64,000 nucleotides of DNA from a bacterium. Its GTDB lineage: Bacteria > Patescibacteriota > Saccharimonadia > Saccharimonadales > JAUPVS01. Numbering within the stretch: position 1 is the stretch's first letter; every line of letters begins with the position of its first letter. A program made the translations under genes and the position numbers. The stretch is taken from the NCBI GenBank assembly GCA_029780855.1, contig JAKOXV010000003.1, positions 162,357 to 226,356 of the forward strand, given 5' to 3'. Under the pieces are notes generated by a model that searched no databases, was not told where the DNA came from, and saw only the letters and a program-made list of their open reading frames with translations. Of the stretch, positions 8,166-16,589 are shown piece by piece.

Positions 8166-8190
8166 AACTCCGCTTTGAAAAAGCGGAGTT
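8166..8190. terminator. bidirectional intrinsic terminator between convergent genes
   Basis: 10-bp stem AACTCCGCTT/AAGCGGAGTT. A T-run follows on the minus strand and an A-run precedes it on the plus strand. Confidence 0.6.
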
Positions 8191-8209
8191 AGTGTTGCGT
8201 ATCTATGTA

Positions 8210-8695
8210 CTACTTATTGTGCTGTGTGAAATAGTTTATTTCATTGACGATGTCTAGCAGCGCCTGAGCTTTAACCTTTTCGTCCTGGATCTTTTGGGCG
8301 GATTCATAGGCTTGTTGCACGAGGCTGGAGTCATCAGTGGCCTGGATCATCATCATGGTGGTCTTAAACTTTTCTTCTGGTGATTGGTCCAGATGGCTCA
8401 CGAGCGGTGCAAGGTTCTCCAGAGCTTGGCGCTTTAGATTTAGCAGACCATCGTTGTCGGCAGGACTACTGAGAGGCGCCGCAGGCTCTTTATGCGTTTC
8501 GGGGCTGTCCTGAGCAAGTTCATCGACGGCTTTTGCCATGTCATCGTCAGCAGGTGTTGATACACTGCTGTCATCCCCTACCGGTGCGCTCGGCATTACA
8601 TCTTCACTGGCTGTTTCCGGTGTTACGGTCACACCATCTTCTTGCTGTTCATTTTTGTGTTCGTCTTTGTGATGGTCGTCATTTAATCCAAACAT
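8210..8695 (-). CDS. hypothetical acidic protein, 161 aa
   Basis: ORF with a D/E-rich N-terminal half and a predicted helical C-terminal half. No family recognised. Confidence 0.5.
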   Translation of the reverse strand: MFGLNDDHHKDEHKNEQQEDGVTVTPETASEDVMPSAPVGDDSSVSTPADDDMAKAVDELAQDSPETHKEPAAPLSSPADNDGLLNLKRQALENLAPLVSHLDQSPEEKFKTTMMMIQATDDSSLVQQAYESAQKIQDEKVKAQALLDIVNEINYFTQHNK

Positions 8696-8817
8696 GTCTG
8701 CTCACCCCCATGCCCGTGGTTGGTATACGGGACTTTTAGTAATTTTCAATTTACAATAGTAATCATACCAAACGAGATGGGTAAGCAAAAGCATTTTATT
8801 AGAGGGGAGAAACCACT

Positions 8818-9864
8818 GTGCTTGACGATTTGAAATACATACACGAAAAAGATGTGCAGGATGCGCTCGGAATCGCCGAGAAACAAACCGAGCAATACGC
8901 CCATGACTACGCCTTTAGCTGGGAACCGCCCCGTGAAATCAAACAGGTGATTGTGGCCGGAATGGGAGGGTCTGGTTTAGCTGCCAAGGCTGCCAAGAGT
9001 TGGCCGGGTTTGAACGTGCCCTATGATGTTGTGCAGGAATACGACCTGCCGGAATCAGTTGATGCACATACTCTGGTGGTTTGTTCGAGCTTTTCAGGTA
9101 ACACAGAAGAGACGCTCAGCGCGTATGCGCAAGCAACTGAAAGTAGTACTCTGGAAGACCGCCGTCCCATGGTGGTAGTGGTGTCATCCGGTGGAACGTT
9201 ACTAGATGCCGCTAAGAAATCAAATCTGCCGTACGTAACCCTACCCGCTGGTTATCAGCCGCGTATGACCTTTGGCTTTCAATTACGCGCATTACTGGAA
9301 ATCTATCAGGCAGCCGGGCTGTGTAGCGGCGCAATTGCCGAACTAGAGTCTGCTGCGGCGTGGCTCAAGCAGGAAATCCAGGAGTGGCTGCCGATTGTGC
9401 CGACAAGCAAGAATCCAGCCAAGCAACTTGCACAGGAATGTATGGGCAAATCGCCGGTCATTTACAGCGGACCAAAGCTGTTTCCGGCTGCCTACAAGTG
9501 GAAGATCAGTATGAATGAAAATGCCAAGAACGTTGCTTGGTGTAACGTGCTTCCAGAGTTTAATCACAACGAATTCTTAGGCTGGACCAGCCATCCTACC
9601 TCTAAGCCCTACACGGTAATTGACCTTCGCTCAAATCTGGAGAATCCCCGTGTACAGAAACGTTTTGAAATATCCGACCGGCTCCTCAGCGGCAAGCGAC
9701 CGGCTGCTGAAGTTGTCGAAGCGAGAGGGGATTCGCTCGCAAAACAAATAGTCTGGACCGTAGCGCTAGGTGATTTCGTAAGCTTGTATCTTGCGCTTTT
9801 AAATGGATTAAACCCTACACCAGTGGATCTGATAGAGAAACTTAAGGGTGAAATGGCTAAATAG
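8818..9864 (+). CDS. bifunctional phosphoglucose/phosphomannose isomerase (SIS-domain, archaeal/Aquifex type)
   Basis: VIVAGMGGSGLAAKAA and a second SIS-like segment. Length and architecture are typical of the PGI/PMI family. Confidence 0.78.
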   Translation: MLDDLKYIHEKDVQDALGIAEKQTEQYAHDYAFSWEPPREIKQVIVAGMGGSGLAAKAAKSWPGLNVPYDVVQEYDLPESVDAHTLVVCSSFSGNTEETLSAYAQATESSTLEDRRPMVVVVSSGGTLLDAAKKSNLPYVTLPAGYQPRMTFGFQLRALLEIYQAAGLCSGAIAELESAAAWLKQEIQEWLPIVPTSKNPAKQLAQECMGKSPVIYSGPKLFPAAYKWKISMNENAKNVAWCNVLPEFNHNEFLGWTSHPTSKPYTVIDLRSNLENPRVQKRFEISDRLLSGKRPAAEVVEARGDSLAKQIVWTVALGDFVSLYLALLNGLNPTPVDLIEKLKGEMAK

Positions 9865-10381
9865 GACGATCTTTGAGTTTTAACAAATAGCCAATGTAGG
9901 CCACAACTAGGTGCAGACCGAAAAACGTTATGAATATGAGTAGGACGATATGTATCGGGAGCTGTGTGAAAGGGTAGATAAATACCAAGCCGCCGATTAT
10001 GTAATCGGTTTGGTCAAAGGGGAACCAACTCTTTCCAGAGGGAATGCCTTTTTGCCGCTTGAAAAAGCTTTCCACCGCATCACCAACCAGCGCTCCAAAA
10101 CCTAAGATACAACCGAGCAAAAACACCTCAGCCAACGTACCCCCTCGGTTAATCGCAAGGTGCTGAAGGCTAGCTGTTAGGCCGCCTGCGATGGTGCCGG
10201 TAAGCAGGCCGCGCCACGTTTTGTTATCGCCAAGTACGCGGATACCACGGAAGGATTTATGCAGATCTATCGGGGTATGCCACGTATTGAGGAGAGGTAT
10301 TTTATTGGCTACAACCGGTGCGGCGTTAGCTACTCCGGCCGGCAAAAAAAACCAGATCGCAAAGAAAACTGATTCAATCAT
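9857..10381 (-). CDS. CarS-like CDP-archaeol synthase family (CTP:lipid cytidylyltransferase, DUF46) membrane protein
   Basis: FLPAGVANAAPV, PIDLHKSFRGIRVLGDNKTWRG, GALVGDAVESFFKRQ and FDQTDY match the conserved blocks of the CarS family. The protein is 174 aa and multi-TM. Confidence 0.75.
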   Translation of the reverse strand: MIESVFFAIWFFLPAGVANAAPVVANKIPLLNTWHTPIDLHKSFRGIRVLGDNKTWRGLLTGTIAGGLTASLQHLAINRGGTLAEVFLLGCILGFGALVGDAVESFFKRQKGIPSGKSWFPFDQTDYIIGGLVFIYPFTQLPIHIVLLIFITFFGLHLVVAYIGYLLKLKDRPI

Positions 10382-11025
10382 CTATGCAAGCCTCTTCGTA
10401 ACCGGTTTATTTTAGGATAGAGCAGGGTAGTGAGCGGAGGGTGAGCTACAGTCAGGTGGGCGCCATCAAGCCGTACGAGTAGTGTTTTTGCAGAAGGTTT
10501 CTCTGACACGGTGGTATAGGTTTTGCCAATTCCTTTTAGGCCGTGTGCATCACTGCTGGCAGCCCGCCGTTTGTGGTGTAGCTTTGCCCAGACAGCGGCC
10601 TGTGGGCCGCGGTTTTGGAATACTGTCCGGCCATTATGTACTTCAACTATATCGACATCCTCGGCAACATCGTCGAGCGCTTCAATCGGAACGCCGCTGC
10701 GGACTGTTTCAAAGGGGTGCGGAACGTAGACGATTCCTTTCTGGGCTTTAATCGCCCGGATGGCTTCTTGGAGCGATAAGTTTGGCTCGATTGCTTTTTT
10801 GAGGAATAAGCCGATGATTTCCCCGCTGGTAGTGTTAATCTCCTCACCAACAATAATGGAATCCCCGAGTTCATGGTGCAGTTCTTGGGCCATATCGATA
10901 CGGTTATGGTCAGTTACGGCAATGTAGTTAATGAGCCCACTCTCGATGATCTGACGGTACTGTTCGGGGCGAATGCTGCCGTCAGGTGAAGCGGTCGAAT
11001 GGGTATGTAAATCAATCTTGAACAT
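10378..11025 (-). CDS. PHP-domain metal-dependent phosphoesterase
   Basis: N-terminal IDLHTHSTASPDG (PHP motif I, HxH) and further His/Asp motifs. Its stop overlaps the CarS-like start. Confidence 0.8.
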   Translation of the reverse strand: MFKIDLHTHSTASPDGSIRPEQYRQIIESGLINYIAVTDHNRIDMAQELHHELGDSIIVGEEINTTSGEIIGLFLKKAIEPNLSLQEAIRAIKAQKGIVYVPHPFETVRSGVPIEALDDVAEDVDIVEVHNGRTVFQNRGPQAAVWAKLHHKRRAASSDAHGLKGIGKTYTTVSEKPSAKTLLVRLDGAHLTVAHPPLTTLLYPKINRLRRGLHR

Positions 11026-11680
11026 GCTTAAGCCAACGCATTATTCGAATTAGTCGTCCGGCAGCGGTGCCCCACGCGAGTATTGCTACCAGGGCGGTCG
11101 CTAGGCCTAGGTATCCGCTCAGTAACCCAATAACAATGACGCCCATACGTACTTCGTAGCGCATTAGTCCGTCGGCAAACAATTTGTTGGTGTTGGCGTG
11201 GTGCTGCTTTGTGCTAGCAACCGCGGTTTCTCCCTTAGCCTTTACGTAGCTTACAAGCAAAGCTCCGGTGGCTGCGGCTACCGCTACTACCGACAAGTAG
11301 GGCTTATCAAGTGATACGAATGCGAACGCGATGGCGATATAGACGAGCGATTCTTTCATTCTGTCTGTCGAAGCGTCGAGCAGCATGCCGCCCACAGTAG
11401 CTCTGTTCTGAAGTCGAGCAAGCTCGCCGTCCAGCGTATCCATTAGACCAAAAATAACCAAAAATCCTGCCGCCCAGATAGGGTGCAGTGTGGCAATAAG
11501 GAAGGCGACTGGCAGGTGACCGAGCAGTGAAATGGCGGTAACCGTATCGGGTGTAAGTTTTCCAGCAGTGGCGCGGTTTAGGACGCTCGCAAGTTTTTTT
11601 GCGCCAGCTCTAACAAGGGTCCGGACCGTATCAAGTACTCTGATAAGCAATTGCATTATGACTATTATAGCGCACTTCAA
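11012..11680 (-). CDS. CDP-alcohol phosphatidyltransferase family protein
   Basis: Exact signature D-G-x2-A-R-x8-G-x3-D-x3-D (DTLDGELARLQNRATVGGMLLDASTD) in a multi-TM protein. It overlaps the PHP gene start. Confidence 0.85.
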   Translation of the reverse strand: MKCAIIVIMQLLIRVLDTVRTLVRAGAKKLASVLNRATAGKLTPDTVTAISLLGHLPVAFLIATLHPIWAAGFLVIFGLMDTLDGELARLQNRATVGGMLLDASTDRMKESLVYIAIAFAFVSLDKPYLSVVAVAAATGALLVSYVKAKGETAVASTKQHHANTNKLFADGLMRYEVRMGVIVIGLLSGYLGLATALVAILAWGTAAGRLIRIMRWLKHVQD

Positions 11681-11721
11681 TTGTTACCCTACCTCTGTGA
11701 CTTGGTATACTATGTCTACAA

Positions 11722-12402
11722 ATGAGCAAAATCGTTAAGAGTAGCAAGCGGTTTATTCTAACCCTGGCGGCATCAAGTGTGGTCAGCATCGGCTTTTTAC
11801 TGGTACGGGTGCTCAGTACGCACACCGCTACCTACTGGTTCCTAGCATGGAATCTCTTGTTGGCTTGGTTGCCGCTGCTGTTTAGCTGGTGGCTGGTTCT
11901 GCGCTTACCAAACCGCCGCTGGTTTTCGCCCCTAAACGTTTTGCTCACCATCCTGTGGCTTGGGTTTCTGCCAAACACGTTTTATATAGCGAGTGACATT
12001 ATTCACCTTAAGGCAACCGGTGGTATCAGTATTTTGTTTGACGTAACAATGATGTTGTCATTCACTTGGAACGGCTTTTTGCTCGGATATACCAGCGTCT
12101 ATCTGATACATCAACAGCTCAAAAAGCGTTTAGGAAGGTATGAAGCGCATTCGCTCATTGCTTTTGTGTTTCTGCTCGTAAGTTTTGCCATCTATCTGGG
12201 GCGATATCTACGCTGGAACAGTTGGGACGTACTCATTAATCCTGCGGGCTTGTTGTTTGATGTGTCCGATTCTTTTGTGAACCCTTCTTCACATCCAAGG
12301 GCCTTTACCACTACGCTGATGTTTTTTGTGTTGACTACTAGTATCTACGCCGTCGGCTACCAGCTTGCCGCTAGCGTAAGTGCTGCTCATGAAACTGAAT
12401 AA
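11722..12402 (+). CDS. polytopic membrane protein of unknown function (possibly DUF1361-like)
   Basis: Multiple hydrophobic helices. Family assignment is a weak recollection. Confidence 0.5.
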   Translation: MSKIVKSSKRFILTLAASSVVSIGFLLVRVLSTHTATYWFLAWNLLLAWLPLLFSWWLVLRLPNRRWFSPLNVLLTILWLGFLPNTFYIASDIIHLKATGGISILFDVTMMLSFTWNGFLLGYTSVYLIHQQLKKRLGRYEAHSLIAFVFLLVSFAIYLGRYLRWNSWDVLINPAGLLFDVSDSFVNPSSHPRAFTTTLMFFVLTTSIYAVGYQLAASVSAAHETE

Positions 12403-12423
12403 TCTGCTATACTGACATCTGTT

Positions 12424-14103
12424 ATGAATTATCTTGTGGAGCTGTTAACCACTGCCTGTGACAACTTGTTTGGCGTTACTGAAACGCCCGTGCTTACACG
12501 TCCGGATGAGCAATTTGGTGACTATGCCACCAACCTTGCCCTCCAGCTCGCAAAGCCCTTGGAGCAGCAACCTCGGCACATAGCAGAACAGCTAAAAGCC
12601 TATATTGAATCAAATGGTGATGTTCGGATTGCGCGTGTAGATATCGCAGGTCCGGGTTTTTTGAACTTTACAATCGCTGATAGTGAGTTTGCCAACATGT
12701 TGGCGGGGATTGATGAAAAGCCGGGTCTGTATGGTCGCAACAAGTTATTTGCCGGCAAACGGATCGTTATTGAAACCAACAACCCCAACCCATTCAAGGA
12801 GCTTCATATAGGCCATGCCTACAATATTATTATTTCCAATTCGATCGCGAACATCTTGGAGGCGGGTGGGGCAGAAGTGCACCGAGTAAGCTATCACGGT
12901 GACGTGGGCCTACATGTTGGTAAGAGTATGTGGGCTATCCTGCAGTACGTGGGCAAAAACCCCAAAAAACTAGCTGACGTTCCTGAATCCGAACGTGCCG
13001 GTTTTTTGAGTAAGATGTACGCCAAGGGCGCTAAAGCCTACGAAGATGACAAGACATCAAAAGCGGCAATCGATGCACTTGCTAAGGAGAGTTTTGAGCT
13101 TGATGACCCACTGTACAAAGAGGTCTATGAGACCTGTAAGGCCTGGAGTTTTGAATACTTTGACGCTATGTTTACTCGTCTCCATTCAAAACGGGTAGAG
13201 AAGCGCTACCTTGAAAGGGACATGGACGAGCTGGGCAAAGAGCTGGTCATGAGTCATGTCGGTGATGTTTTTACCGAAAGCGACGGGGCAATTATCTACG
13301 AGGGTGAAAAAGATGGTTTGCATACCAGAGTGTTTATAAGCAATCGGGGAACGACCCTGTACGAAGCCCGGGATTTAGCGCTCGCCATTCAGAAAGAGCA
13401 GGACTTCACCATGGATGAATCAATCGTGGTGACCGCCAATGAACAGGCCGAGTACTTTAAGGTGGTGTACGCCGCTATGGCGAACTTCAACCCCGTACTA
13501 GCAAACAAGTGCACCAGTATTCCACATGGGGTCGTAAAGCTGACGACCGGTAAAATGAGCAGCCGTACTGGCGACGTTATAAACATAGCGTGGTTGTTTG
13601 ATAGTGTAGAAGTGGCCATGAAGCAGAAGGGCTATGAGAGTGAAGCGGCTGCAGACAATCAGTTTGCAGCTATCGCGTACCTGTTCCTGAAGAACCGGGT
13701 CGGGGGTGATGTAGTGTTTGACCCGAACGAAAGTGTCAGTTTAGAGGGAAATACCGGTCCCTACCTGCAGTATGCCTACGCTCGTGCCCGGAGCATTTTG
13801 CGGAAAAGCGAGATGGAAGCCGCGTTTAGTGACAACATCACTTTTGAAGCCGGTGAGCGCTCGCTACTACGTAAAGTAAGTGAGTACCCGGAAGTAGTAG
13901 AACGTGCCATCGTTGATCACATGCCTCATCACATTGCCACCTATCTGTATGAATTAGCCCAGGTATTCAATCGTTTTTACGAAAAAAACCGGATTATTGA
14001 TGATGAAAGGGAAGCGCTGAGGCTAAGTCTGATCAAAGCCTACGCTACGACGCTTGCGAATGGCTTAGAGCTGCTTAATATACCGGCACCGGAAAAAATG
14101 TAA
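12424..14103 (+). CDS. argS: arginine--tRNA ligase
   Basis: HIGH motif (ELHIGHAYN), KMSSRTG (KMSKS variant), C-terminal DALR-type anticodon-binding region, 559 aa. Confidence 0.9.
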   Translation: MNYLVELLTTACDNLFGVTETPVLTRPDEQFGDYATNLALQLAKPLEQQPRHIAEQLKAYIESNGDVRIARVDIAGPGFLNFTIADSEFANMLAGIDEKPGLYGRNKLFAGKRIVIETNNPNPFKELHIGHAYNIIISNSIANILEAGGAEVHRVSYHGDVGLHVGKSMWAILQYVGKNPKKLADVPESERAGFLSKMYAKGAKAYEDDKTSKAAIDALAKESFELDDPLYKEVYETCKAWSFEYFDAMFTRLHSKRVEKRYLERDMDELGKELVMSHVGDVFTESDGAIIYEGEKDGLHTRVFISNRGTTLYEARDLALAIQKEQDFTMDESIVVTANEQAEYFKVVYAAMANFNPVLANKCTSIPHGVVKLTTGKMSSRTGDVINIAWLFDSVEVAMKQKGYESEAAADNQFAAIAYLFLKNRVGGDVVFDPNESVSLEGNTGPYLQYAYARARSILRKSEMEAAFSDNITFEAGERSLLRKVSEYPEVVERAIVDHMPHHIATYLYELAQVFNRFYEKNRIIDDEREALRLSLIKAYATTLANGLELLNIPAPEKM

Positions 14104-14111
14104 GGAAAACC

Positions 14112-14129
14112 TTTACATTTTGATGTAAA
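14112..14129. other. small inverted repeat TTTACAT-tttg-ATGTAAA between argS and mscL
   Basis: Read from sequence. It may be an operator or a weak hairpin. Confidence 0.3.
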
Positions 14130-14159
14130 ATGTTCATTCTCGGTGGGAGAAGGAGAAGT

Positions 14160-14573
14160 ATGTCTACAGAAAAGAAAACAACTAATGAGAAACCGGCAAA
14201 AGTGCGTCACGAAGTTGTGATCAGCATGCCGGCGGTCAAAGTTCCCAAAATCCTGCTTCCCATACAGGGGTTCGTTGATTTCGTGCGCCAACAGGGTGTA
14301 ATCGGTCTGGCGGTCGGTTTAGTTTTGGGTACGCAGATTAAAACACTAGTAGATTCGATAGTTACTGGGTTTATTAATCCTACCGTAGCGCTCGTCTTGC
14401 CGGGTAGTGGCAATCTGAACCTTAAAGCTGCAACTGTTTCGGTTAATGGTAAGACCGCGATTTATCTGTGGGGTCCGATTATCGCGCAGATCATAAGCTT
14501 CTTAGCGGTAGCTGGGGTGCTGTACTTCATTATCCATGCGCTTAAGCTGGATCGGTTAGACAAAAAGAAGTAA
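14160..14573 (+). CDS. mscL: large-conductance mechanosensitive channel MscL
   Basis: GFVDFVRQQGVIGLAVGLVLG and the C-terminal charged helix. Start chosen at the ATG after RBS GGAGAAG. Confidence 0.85.
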   Translation: MSTEKKTTNEKPAKVRHEVVISMPAVKVPKILLPIQGFVDFVRQQGVIGLAVGLVLGTQIKTLVDSIVTGFINPTVALVLPGSGNLNLKAATVSVNGKTAIYLWGPIIAQIISFLAVAGVLYFIIHALKLDRLDKKK

Positions 14574-14613
14574 TCTGCTCCCACTCTTTAGGATGTTGGT
14601 ATAATGGGGGGGC

Positions 14614-15009
14614 ATGGTTACGAAGCGCGATGATGAGTGGAAGGATACCCTAACCCCAGAGCAGTATGAGGTGATGCGCAACAAAGGAACAGAAGCTCCG
14701 TTTTCTGGAAAGTTGCTGCACAACAAAGCCACGGGAATGTATTCGTGTGCCGCTTGCGGTTCAGAAGTTTTTAGTTCTGAGCACAAGTTTGATTCAGGGA
14801 GTGGCTGGCCAAGCTTTTACGACATCGCCAAAAAGGGCAACGTGAAGCTGGTAGAAGACACCTCTCACGGTATGCATAGGGTAGAGGTGGCCTGCGCGGT
14901 TTGTGGGAGTCATTTGGGCCATGTGTTCAATGATGCACCACAGACTCCCACCGGCATGCGCTTCTGTATCAACTCGGCTGCCCTCGATTTTAAGAAGAAA
15001 TCTGTATAA
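14614..15009 (+). CDS. msrB: peptide-methionine (R)-S-oxide reductase MsrB
   Basis: Two CxxC pairs and the GHVFNDGP-like catalytic segment (GHVFNDAPQTPTGMRFCINS). Confidence 0.92.
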   Translation: MVTKRDDEWKDTLTPEQYEVMRNKGTEAPFSGKLLHNKATGMYSCAACGSEVFSSEHKFDSGSGWPSFYDIAKKGNVKLVEDTSHGMHRVEVACAVCGSHLGHVFNDAPQTPTGMRFCINSAALDFKKKSV

Positions 15010-15018
15010 TAGGGACCA

Positions 15019-15582
15019 ATGATAGACAAGAAGATGATCTCAACTAAAATTCTGTGGGTTGATTTAGAGATGACCGGACTAGATCCACAAAAAGATGTAA
15101 TTCTGGAAATCGCCGCAGAAGTTACTGACTTCAATTTCAAGACCCTGGATAGCTATGAGGCGCGCATAAATCAGAACCGAGATACAGTGGTACAGCGTAT
15201 GCAGGAGAATATCTGGTGGAAGGACTTTCCGGAGAACCGTGATGAATTTGTTCAAAAACTCGACCAAGGCAAACCCCTGCGTGAAGTTGAACAAGAAATG
15301 ATTGAGCTACTGGTCAAGAACTTTGGAACTGAGCTGGCGGTACTGGGTGGAAACTCAATTTACAATGACCGAAAGTTTATATCCCGATGGATGCCAGAAC
15401 TCGATCTGAAGCTGCATTATCGTATGCTTGATGTCAGTGCCTGGAAGATAGTTATGCAAGCCAAATACGGCGTGAATTTTGAGAAGCCAGAAATCCACCG
15501 TGCGTTTGAGGACATTCAGGCCTCTATTGCCGAGCTACAACACTACCTCGAGTACTTTGGAGAAAAGCATGGTCAGTCATAA
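15019..15582 (+). CDS. orn: oligoribonuclease (DEDDh 3'-5' exoribonuclease)
   Basis: ILWVDLEMTGLD Exo I motif and overall Orn architecture. Confidence 0.88.
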   Translation: MIDKKMISTKILWVDLEMTGLDPQKDVILEIAAEVTDFNFKTLDSYEARINQNRDTVVQRMQENIWWKDFPENRDEFVQKLDQGKPLREVEQEMIELLVKNFGTELAVLGGNSIYNDRKFISRWMPELDLKLHYRMLDVSAWKIVMQAKYGVNFEKPEIHRAFEDIQASIAELQHYLEYFGEKHGQS

Positions 15583-15895
15583 GGAGGTTGAAACGTACGT
15601 GCTCAGTATGCCAAACGCCAAGTTGGATTATCCTTTTGGTGAAGGCGTGGCGGTCTATAAGGTCAATGAAAAAATGTTTGCACTCATACAAGAAGGCAAG
15701 GAGCCTGTACGCATTAGCCTCAAGTGTGACCCAAAGCTGTCTGAAGTATTGAGGGAGCGCTATGAAAGCGTATCTCCAGGGTATCACCTGAATAAAAAAC
15801 ACTGGAACACGATCATTGTGAGTGGCCAGCTGCCGTGGGAAGAGGTTCAGGACTTGATTCGCCACTCTTACGACTTAGTCGCTGGTATAAAGTAA
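15569..15895 (+). CDS. MmcQ/YjbR family DNA-binding protein
   Basis: MVSHKEVETYVLSMPNAKLDYPFGEGVAVYKV... is typical of YjbR. The start overlaps the orn stop. Confidence 0.7.
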   Translation: MVSHKEVETYVLSMPNAKLDYPFGEGVAVYKVNEKMFALIQEGKEPVRISLKCDPKLSEVLRERYESVSPGYHLNKKHWNTIIVSGQLPWEEVQDLIRHSYDLVAGIK

Positions 15896-15905
15896 AGACT
15901 TTTGA

Positions 15906-16529
15906 TTACTGGATTGTTTTGATCAGGAGCGTCGCTTGATCGTACAGTTTTTTGAGGAGTACTTTTTCGCTCTTGCTGTTAGTGGCTTTGTATTCGGTCG
16001 AGAGATCGCTTTGGTAGCCGGTGAGCTGAGTTTTTAGGGTGCTTTTAAGGGCATCGTCAAATTGCCCCGCTGAATTAGCGGTGTTTAGCGCCTGATCGGT
16101 AGCTTTGTTTGCGCCGAGAGCTAAGGTCTTTGAGCTTGGTTTTTTGTTGTGCTTCGTAATGTATGCCACTGTCTCTGCCTGTGCAGTTGTAAGTGTTAGC
16201 TTAGTGTTTTCATTGATGGCAGCGGCGTCTGATCCTCGGACGTACCGAGTGCCAATCTCGGTGATTCTTAGTATTTCGGTTTGATCTTGGGCGACTTTTA
16301 TCAATCCTTTGGTTGAACTCCCACCGCTACTGAAAATTAGTACCATTATGATGATAAAAAGCAGCAACACACCGCCAACTAGGGACATGAACAAAGTGGC
16401 ACGTTGCTTGGGCGAATTACCGGTAGGCAAAATTGAACGCTTTTGTTTAGGTGGTCCCTGTAGAATGAAATCGTAGGGATTTTGCCCATCACTCGGAAAC
16501 GATGGAGGCACTTGTTGGTTTGGTGGCAT
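15906..16529 (-). CDS. hypothetical membrane-anchored protein (Pro-rich N-terminus, one TM)
   Basis: ORF with a single hydrophobic helix. It is divergent from dnaG. Confidence 0.5.
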   Translation of the reverse strand: MPPNQQVPPSFPSDGQNPYDFILQGPPKQKRSILPTGNSPKQRATLFMSLVGGVLLLFIIIMVLIFSSGGSSTKGLIKVAQDQTEILRITEIGTRYVRGSDAAAINENTKLTLTTAQAETVAYITKHNKKPSSKTLALGANKATDQALNTANSAGQFDDALKSTLKTQLTGYQSDLSTEYKATNSKSEKVLLKKLYDQATLLIKTIQ

Positions 16530-16589
16530 GGCACTATTTAAGCATATGCAGCATGGTTATGACCAGATAGCGTACAATATTCACCAGAT

